Shown here in pieces: positions 11,362 through 17,575 of a DNA stretch of 17,575 nucleotides. The stretch is from Nitrospirota bacterium. GTDB lineage: Bacteria > Nitrospirota > UBA9217. The stretch covers positions 1 through 17,575 of the forward strand of contig CAWJQQ010000011.1 of NCBI GenBank assembly GCA_963845065.1, read 5' to 3'. Within the stretch, counting starts at the first letter, position 1. The number at the start of each line of letters is the position of its first letter. A program made the translations under genes and the position numbers. The notes beneath the pieces are model-generated. The model did no database searches. It saw only the letters and a list, made by a program, of their open reading frames with translations, and was not told the origin of the DNA.

Positions 11362-11631
11362 ATGGGCATCAAATTTTCAGAAGACATTGTTCCGCTGAGC
11401 GACCTGAAGGTGAACCCCGGCAAGGTGGTTTCGCAGGCTAACGAGACGCATCGGCCTATTTTGCTCACGAGCAGGGGCCGCGGGGTAGCCATTGTCCAAT
11501 CACTCAAGGATTATGAAGAAGAAACTGAAGAGCGCGCCTTTATGCAGGGAGTGGTGAAGGGGCTGATGGATCTGGAAGAAGGCCGCGAGACCTCCCTCTC
11601 CGAGGCAAAAAAACGCCTCGGTCTAAAGTAA
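11362..11631 (+). CDS. Phd/YefM-family antitoxin
   Basis: IVPLSDLK..PILLTSRGRGVAIVQSLKDYE; TAAGGAGG RBS. Confidence 0.9.
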   Translation: MGIKFSEDIVPLSDLKVNPGKVVSQANETHRPILLTSRGRGVAIVQSLKDYEEETEERAFMQGVVKGLMDLEEGRETSLSEAKKRLGLK

Positions 11632-11635
11632 TCTT

Positions 11636-11935
11636 ATGTCGGAAAAGATTCTGATTACGTTTGCCGTATCTGCGATCAAGGACCTTGAGGACATGCAGGC
11701 GTATTATAAGGGCGAAGGTGCACCCGATGTTGGGAAAAGGCTAACCGCTGAGATTCTTACCAAGATTGAGCGACTCGAAGCGCATCCACTGAGCGGCCGT
11801 GTCGTTCCTGAGTTTCATGTCGAACATCTGCGGGAGATCATTTACCCGCCGTTCCGCATCGTTTATCGATACGATAAAAACAAAGTACGCATCGTCCGAG
11901 TTTGGCGGAGTGAAAGATTGCTAAAAATTCCATGA
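11636..11935 (+). CDS. RelE/ParE-family toxin
   Basis: FAVSAIKDLEDM..HPLSGRVVPE..LREII.PPFRIVYR; adjacent to the antitoxin. Confidence 0.9.
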   Translation: MSEKILITFAVSAIKDLEDMQAYYKGEGAPDVGKRLTAEILTKIERLEAHPLSGRVVPEFHVEHLREIIYPPFRIVYRYDKNKVRIVRVWRSERLLKIP

Positions 11936-12121
11936 TATCGTCTGCTATTGCTATCCCGACATTATCCTCAGGTGATCATTGTAGTTGACTAATTCGCGGC
12001 AGACTGGCCGAGGTCATAGGTGTAAATCCTGCTGATGCCGCAAACCCCGAAGGCTGGAAGTTCCATCCGATACAATCGACCATTATCCGTCCTGTTAAAT
12101 GAAAAACATATTCGCATATTT

Positions 12122-12134
12122 TAAGTTCTTGATT
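12122..12134. promoter_or_regulatory. IHF consensus site upstream of tRNA fragment 2
   Basis: TAAGTTCTTGATT matches YAANNNNTTGATW. Confidence 0.5.
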
Positions 12135-12171
12135 TGATGAGTCGAAAAAAAGGATACTTTACCCTTTATAT

Positions 12172-12215
12172 TCATAACCCGAAGGTCGTCGGTCCAAATC
12201 CGGCCCACGCTACCA
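12172..12215 (+). tRNA. tRNA-fMet 3' fragment, copy 2
   Basis: TCATAACCCGAAGGTCGTCGGTCCAAATCCGGCCCACGCTACCA; identity begins inside the anticodon loop. Confidence 0.88.
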
Positions 12216-12408
12216 ATAAACTCAAGGGGTTACAGCGTTTGCTGTAATCCCTTTTTTCTAACCTTTCTAACGTCCTGTTTGTGTCCTGTTGAATATTAAC
12301 CGCATTAATTATGATAATACCTTTGAATTGTTAGGATGGGGAGAGAAGGGATATAACCTGACTTAAAGTGACGGGGCAGATGGTTAACCCGAAATAGTAT
12401 GTGTTCTT
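12216..12408 (+). repeat. Conserved right arm of the att-like unit (hairpin, TTCTAAC pair and about 140 bp more)
   Basis: Near-identical to 17178-17370; diverged homologue at 11096-11266. Confidence 0.9.
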
Positions 12409-12589
12409 CTATAAAAATCTGGCCTTGAATACCCAGCAATTCTACTGCTGGGATGAAAAGGACAATCCTGACGAAGTCAGGATGAGAATCTGTTACAATA
12501 CGGGCCATGAGCCTATTGAGAAGAAGCAAACATAGTGTCTATCCGGAATGGAACTCCGAGAAAGGAGGGGGTAATCCCTTTAAAATGCA

Positions 12590-12988
12590 ATGAAGAACAG
12601 AGGACAAATATTAAAAGAGATGGAAGAGACGTTCGGGCTTGTCCCAAGTTTCCTCAAAACTATACCGGACTCGACGCTTGAGCATGAGTGGGAACTTTTC
12701 AAGAAAATACAGTTCGAAGAAGGTGCCATCCCGAACAAATACCGTGAGCTTATTGGCCTGGGGCTTTCGGCTGTTTCCAAATGCCGTTACTGTACGCTCT
12801 ACCATACTGAGATGGCGAAGTTATTCGGCGCTACTGATAAGGAAATCGAGGAAGCCGTACACTATGCCAAGTCAAGTGCTGGCTGGAGCGCATACCTAAA
12901 TGGCATGCAGACTGACTATGATCAGTTCAAGGACGAACTGAGACGTGCCGGAGAACACGCAAAGGAAATGAAGAGGAAAGCTGCGTGA
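12590..12988 (+). CDS. Carboxymuconolactone decarboxylase/AhpD-family protein
   Basis: FGLVPSF, KYRELIGL, CRYCTLYH, GATDKEIEEA; AAGGAGG upstream. Confidence 0.9.
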   Translation: MKNRGQILKEMEETFGLVPSFLKTIPDSTLEHEWELFKKIQFEEGAIPNKYRELIGLGLSAVSKCRYCTLYHTEMAKLFGATDKEIEEAVHYAKSSAGWSAYLNGMQTDYDQFKDELRRAGEHAKEMKRKAA

Positions 12989-13016
12989 CTTAGCCATTCA
13001 GTCCGTGAAGCAAAAT

Positions 13017-13053
13017 GAACCCTGAGCAATTTACCTTTTGCTCAGGGTTCTTT
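13017..13053 (+). terminator. Rho-independent terminator
   Basis: GAACCCTGAGCAA-8 nt-TTGCTCAGGGTTC-TTT. Confidence 0.75.
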
Positions 13054-13104
13054 GTTATCATTTCTTTTGAAACAGGAACCGGTACACATCGCACCTATTG
13101 AAAA

Positions 13105-13370
13105 CTAAATAAACGCTGCATTCCATTCAACCAGACGCCACTTGCTTACGAGACCGTTTATTACAAAGGGATCATCTTTAATAAACTCCTCTGCTGCTTC
13201 ACGTGTAGTAAAAACAGCCATAGCGCATTCTGGTGGGTGCCGAGAGGACCGGCAGCAAGAAGAACTCCTCGGACGTGGAACTCATCGAGCCTCGCACGAT
13301 GCGAAGGATAGTGGGTCGTTACTTTTAACAAGGCATCCGGCGCCATTTCGTAAAAAGAAACAATCTTCAT
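13105..13370 (-). pseudogene. YciI-family protein, frameshifted
   Basis: HRARLDEF..LLAAGPLG, then a 1-nt gap at about 13238, then PPECAMAVFTTREAAEEFIKDDPFVINGLVSKWRLVEWNAAFI*. Confidence 0.85.
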
Positions 13371-13393
13371 GGAATCATCTCCATCATATTGCG

Positions 13394-13456
13394 CCTTACC
13401 GTGGGGCTAAGAGTTTGCGCGCTTTTGCGATATCCCGCTTGAGGGCAGGGTTATGC
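13394..13456 (-). other. Integron attC-like site (about 63 bp) immediately upstream of the YciI gene
   Basis: Minus strand GCATAAC CCTGC CCTCAAGCGGG..CGCAAAAGCG..CTCTTAG CCCCAC GGTAAGG; CTCAAG/CTTAG pair with one extrahelical base; R' degenerate. Confidence 0.65.
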
Positions 13457-13956
13457 ATTAAAGGTGCAAATGCGTGCACTTAAGCTGAAGAATATAGCTT
13501 GCATGATTATAATGTCACAATAATGTCGACGTCAACATCTACAGGCATTAAATTATAAATATAATATCTGTGATCGTGCGATTATCATGTCGTCTTTAGC
13601 TTGAATTCAGAAGTGAACGGCTCAATCGGTGCGGCGTACCGTACTTCTGTAACGCACTTCGACAGACTGCGTGCATTATTTCAATTGCTAACATTCTTAT
13701 TATGATCAGGCGTTTCGCACAACGTGGCGAGCGCACCGCTGATCAGGGTATCCGCATATCGTTTGCTACACTCGCCCTTATTGCTAGGTATACAATAGCA
13801 AGAAAATACGCCTATCGTAAGTTGTCAGCGAAGCTAACAACCCTGCAGTAGAGCATCTGAGCGTTTTAGCGCAACATTTTGTAGCATATACTGGCGAGAC
13901 CTTGCCATACATCCCTACATTGGATAAAATGATAGTATCCGACCGGAAGGCACCGC

Positions 13957-16900
13957 ATGGACAACCACGAGACCAAACGATTTTTATTAAGCCGCTATAA
14001 CCCGATGAGAAGCCGCAAGGCTCGCGTGACGGTCATCCTGGTACTCGCCTTTTTCGTCATTTACTCAATTTCAGGATTTTTCATCCTGCCCTATTTTGCC
14101 CGGAAGATTGGAATGGAAAAACTGACAGCCCAGCTCGGCCGCACCGTAACTATCAATTCAGTTCAGTTCAATCCCTTTACCCTTGATGCTGTCATCAATA
14201 ACTTCGAGATTAAGGAAGCTGACGATCGGACTACTTTTATTTCATTTAAAAAACTGTATGTTGACACAAGGCTGAGCTCCGTGGTAAAAGGCGCTCCGAT
14301 CATAGGAGAGGTCAGGCTGGAAAAGCCTCATATCCATTTGGTACGGACAAAGGCGAACGCGTTCAATTTTTCTCCGCTCATGGACAGACTCCGGTCAGAG
14401 CAGGAAACCACCGTCCCGGAGAAACCGGGCAAACCCATTTTATTTTCAGTCAGCAATATCCAGATCACCGACGGCGACACCGAATTCGACGATCAACTGA
14501 CTGGCACGAAGCACGCAACAACGCAGATCAATCTTGCTATACCGTTCATTTCCAACCTTCCTGCCTATGTCAATTCATTCGTTCAGCCCTCGTTCAGCGC
14601 ACTGGTAAACGGCAAGCAGGTTACCATCAACGGCACGACCACGGTTTTCTCCGGGTTACGAGAGACCTCGCTTGGCATTGAGTTCAAGGACGTGGATATC
14701 CCCTATTATTTGGCGTACTCGCCGGTAAAGCTCAAGGTGAAGGTGCTGTCAGGAAAACTCGACATCATGATGAAGCTTGTTTACCACGAGTATGCCAACC
14801 GTGCGCCGATGCTTATTCTGAGCGGCGAAACGAGGATCAGGGACCTCGGGATACGCACCTGGGAGAATGCGGCTCAGTTTATCGACGTTCCTCTTTTGAG
14901 CGTTAAAGACATTTCCCTTGATCTGGATAAGAGAAAAATAGAAATCAGTTCCGTTGCAACCGAAAAAGGCAGACTGACGATCTCACGATTGAAGGACGGG
15001 CGAATGAATTTCGCTTCTCTCCTGGAGCTGTCTCCGGCGGCACCGACCCGAAAAACCGCTGCAAAAGAGAGTTCAGCGGCCCCATGGATCGTGGCACTGC
15101 AATCCTTCGTTGTAGACGATTATACCGTTGTCATGGCGGATCACAGCCTCGTCGAGCCTTTCGAAGCAACCGTCTCAGCGATCAATCTAAAAGCCCAAAA
15201 TATTTCCACTGAAAAAAATGCAAAAGGAACGGTCGCGCTTTCCCTTCGCATTGATCACGGGGGATCTGCATCGGTCAACGGCGATCTCGTACTGGATCCT
15301 CTTGCCGCCAGCCTTGCGGTGAGCCTCGCGGATGCCCGTCTCAAGCTTCTCCAACCCTATCTTACCGGAGGTACGCAGGTTTTGCTTGCAGATGGCGTGC
15401 TGACCGCGAACGGCAACCTCATCGTAGGACGAAGCAATTCGGAGGAGTTGCAGACCTCCGTTAGTGGGAAACTTCGCATCAACAGATTTTCCTTGCTCGA
15501 CAAGGCAAATGCAGAAGGCCTGCTCAAGTGGAACACGCTCTCCGTGACAGGAATAGAAGCCCGCTCTGCTCCTCTGTCTCTGCATATCAGAGACATTACG
15601 CTTTCAAATTTCAACTCTCAGATCACCGTCAATGAAGACCGAACAATAAATCTGCTCGAAGCGTTCAAGTCCGGGACAACCGAACCGGACAACAATCAAA
15701 AGATCGTCAATAAAACGGCCTCGGAAGCAGACAAGCAGCCGCAGTCGCAGCCACATACCGTTCGCATAGATAAGATTGTTCTCCAGAAAGGGGAAGTTGC
15801 TATTCTTGACCGCAGCGTAAAACCTCGTTTCAGCTCGACCCTGAGCGAGATCAGCGGTCAGGTTTCCGGGCTTTCATCGGAGGAGAACATGCTCGGGGAA
15901 GTCGAACTAAGAGCAAAATACGATGAATCAGCTCCCCTCAAGATCACCGGCAAAATCAATCCGCTAGGCAAGGATCTATATGCGGATCTCAAGGTGGACT
16001 TCAAGGACATGGATCTCACGTCGGTCAGCCCCTATTCGGGACGCTACGCTGGCTATACGATCCAGAAAGGACAGCTCTCGTTTCAGCTTCAATACCTGAT
16101 CAACCAGAACAAGCTCGATGCAAAGAACAGCATTTTCATCGACCAATTCACCTTCGGAGATTCCGTGGAAAGTCCCGATGCGACATCGTTGCCCGTGAGA
16201 CTGGCTGTGGCGCTCTTGAAGGACCGCAACGGAGAGATACATCTCGACATACCTGTATCCGGCGAACTAAGCGACCCCAAGTTCAGCGTGGGTGGCATCA
16301 TTCTCCAAGTCATCGTGAACCTCCTTGAGAAAGCCGCTACCTCTCCTTTTGCGCTCCTGGGGGCCCTCTTCGGCAGTGATGAGCAGCTTGGATATGCCGA
16401 TTTTGATCCTGGATCTGCGGTCCTAACGGGCGATACCATAAAAAAGCTCGACCTTCTTGAAAAAGCGCTTCATGACCGGCCCGCTCTTAAAATGGATATT
16501 ATCGGCCACGCAGATCCGGAAAAAGACGGTGCTGGGCTGAAGCAAAGCCTCTTATTGAGAAGAGTCAAAACTCAAAAGATCAAAGAACTGGCCGGGAAAA
16601 GTGACAACCTCTCCTCCCTCGAGTCAGTAACCGTGACGCCCGAGGAATATCCCCTCTTCCTCAAGCGGGCGTATGAGGCAGAAAAGTTCCCAAAGCCCCG
16701 CAATTTTATCGGATTCGCCAAAAACCTGCCTGTGCCTGAGATGGAGAAGCTCATGTTAGCCAACCTGAAGGTAACCGAGGAAGACCTGAAGGCGCTGGCA
16801 GCCGAGCGGGCGCGAGCGGTACAGAGCTATCTACTGCAATCCGGGCAGATAGAGCCGGAACGCATCTTCATCGTCGAGGCAAAGACCCTTGAAAGTGCAA

Positions 16901-16959
16901 AAGGTACTGGCCAAAAAGGCAACGTCAACAACAGTCGTACCGATTTTCAACTGAAATGA
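13957..16959 (+). CDS. DUF748/AsmA-like envelope protein with OmpA-like C-terminal region (1000 aa)
   Basis: N-terminal TM, FNPFTL, repeated beta-rich units, LPVRLAVALLKDRNGEI.LDIPVSG..DP.FS, ATSPFALLG, LAAERA..V. Confidence 0.88.
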   Translation: MDNHETKRFLLSRYNPMRSRKARVTVILVLAFFVIYSISGFFILPYFARKIGMEKLTAQLGRTVTINSVQFNPFTLDAVINNFEIKEADDRTTFISFKKLYVDTRLSSVVKGAPIIGEVRLEKPHIHLVRTKANAFNFSPLMDRLRSEQETTVPEKPGKPILFSVSNIQITDGDTEFDDQLTGTKHATTQINLAIPFISNLPAYVNSFVQPSFSALVNGKQVTINGTTTVFSGLRETSLGIEFKDVDIPYYLAYSPVKLKVKVLSGKLDIMMKLVYHEYANRAPMLILSGETRIRDLGIRTWENAAQFIDVPLLSVKDISLDLDKRKIEISSVATEKGRLTISRLKDGRMNFASLLELSPAAPTRKTAAKESSAAPWIVALQSFVVDDYTVVMADHSLVEPFEATVSAINLKAQNISTEKNAKGTVALSLRIDHGGSASVNGDLVLDPLAASLAVSLADARLKLLQPYLTGGTQVLLADGVLTANGNLIVGRSNSEELQTSVSGKLRINRFSLLDKANAEGLLKWNTLSVTGIEARSAPLSLHIRDITLSNFNSQITVNEDRTINLLEAFKSGTTEPDNNQKIVNKTASEADKQPQSQPHTVRIDKIVLQKGEVAILDRSVKPRFSSTLSEISGQVSGLSSEENMLGEVELRAKYDESAPLKITGKINPLGKDLYADLKVDFKDMDLTSVSPYSGRYAGYTIQKGQLSFQLQYLINQNKLDAKNSIFIDQFTFGDSVESPDATSLPVRLAVALLKDRNGEIHLDIPVSGELSDPKFSVGGIILQVIVNLLEKAATSPFALLGALFGSDEQLGYADFDPGSAVLTGDTIKKLDLLEKALHDRPALKMDIIGHADPEKDGAGLKQSLLLRRVKTQKIKELAGKSDNLSSLESVTVTPEEYPLFLKRAYEAEKFPKPRNFIGFAKNLPVPEMEKLMLANLKVTEEDLKALAAERARAVQSYLLQSGQIEPERIFIVEAKTLESAKGTGQKGNVNNSRTDFQLK

Positions 16960-17087
16960 TGACCGAGCGCGTTAATTCAGCGAGGGACGCTGGACGCACG
17001 ACTATCCCATTGACATTGCGCAGGCAGAAGATATGGGCCTACCTGTGTGTGATCAAATGCTCGAAGAGGTCTATGTATTGATGGAAC

Positions 17088-17370
17088 TGTTGCTGTAGAA
17101 AATGCGACGACCGTTTCAAAGTAACGCTAAGGCTCATAACCCGAAGGTCGTCGGTTCAAATCCGGCCCCCGCTTACAAATAATTCATGGGGTCACAGCGT
17201 TTGCTGCAACCCCTTTTTTCTAACCTTTCTAACATCCTGTTTGTGTCCTGTTGAATATTAAACGCATTTATTATGATAATACCTTTGAATTGTTAGGATG
17301 GGGAGAGAAGGGATATAACCTGACTTAAAGTGACGGGGCAGATGGTCAATCCGAAATAGTATGTGTTCTT
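17088..17370 (+). repeat. Complete att-like unit, copy 3 (left arm, tRNA-fMet fragment, right arm)
   Basis: 17088-17130 matches 11006-11048 at 42/43 nt; 17178-17370 is near-identical to 12216-12408. Confidence 0.92.
17131..17177 (+). tRNA. tRNA-fMet 3' fragment, copy 3
   Basis: GGCTCATAACCCGAAGGTCGTCGGTTCAAATCCGGCCCCCGCTTACA (CCA end altered). Confidence 0.88.
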
Positions 17371-17575
17371 TTATTTATAGCTTCATGTGCAGATTCCGGT
17401 GGAGGATACTTGCCAGGTACGCCGATTGAATCCTTCCCGCAATACCATCACATTTCTACCAGTGATACCGTATCACTTCCACGCTACAATTTTCTGAAAA
17501 ATACCTCTCCTTTGTCAGTACACACTTCAATCAGTAAATTAGTATCGTGTCATGCGGGTAGATTTTGTAAACTAC

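Noticed and set aside
12010..12031. Possible fourth, degraded tRNA T-arm (GAGGTCATAGGTGTAAATCCTG)
   Set aside because: Too short and divergent; lacks the anticodon loop and CCA.
13703..13745. Hairpin TGATCAG...CTGATCA upstream of DUF748 as a riboswitch
   Set aside because: No recognisable aptamer consensus; would need an Rfam scan.
11049..17177. CRISPR array
   Set aside because: Repeats are tRNA-derived, kilobases apart, and there are no cas genes.

Overview
Bacterial accessory (island-like) region of mixed GC content; the host is uncertain. The left part is a minus-strand oxidative-stress/iron cluster: PerR/Fur regulator, two bacterioferritin-like paralogues, frameshifted sodC, rubredoxin, a frameshifted small exported protein and a GC-rich katG. 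It is followed by a complete IS630 element, a PAP2 phosphatase, an AAA_28-type NTPase, a doubly inactivated MNT-HEPN pair, an intact Phd/RelE TA pair, a CMD/AhpD protein, a frameshifted YciI gene and a DUF748 protein. The most notable structure is non-coding: three 3'-half copies of tRNA-fMet, each in a conserved att-like unit (hairpin, TTCTAAC pair, conserved right arm). Copy 3 is the 'empty site' expected if the 1.1-kb, integrase-less TA module between copies 1 and 2 were excised. This suggests a tRNA-att-based array of non-autonomous gene cassettes. Two integron attC-like relics and an IS200/IS605-like palindromic mini-element are also present.
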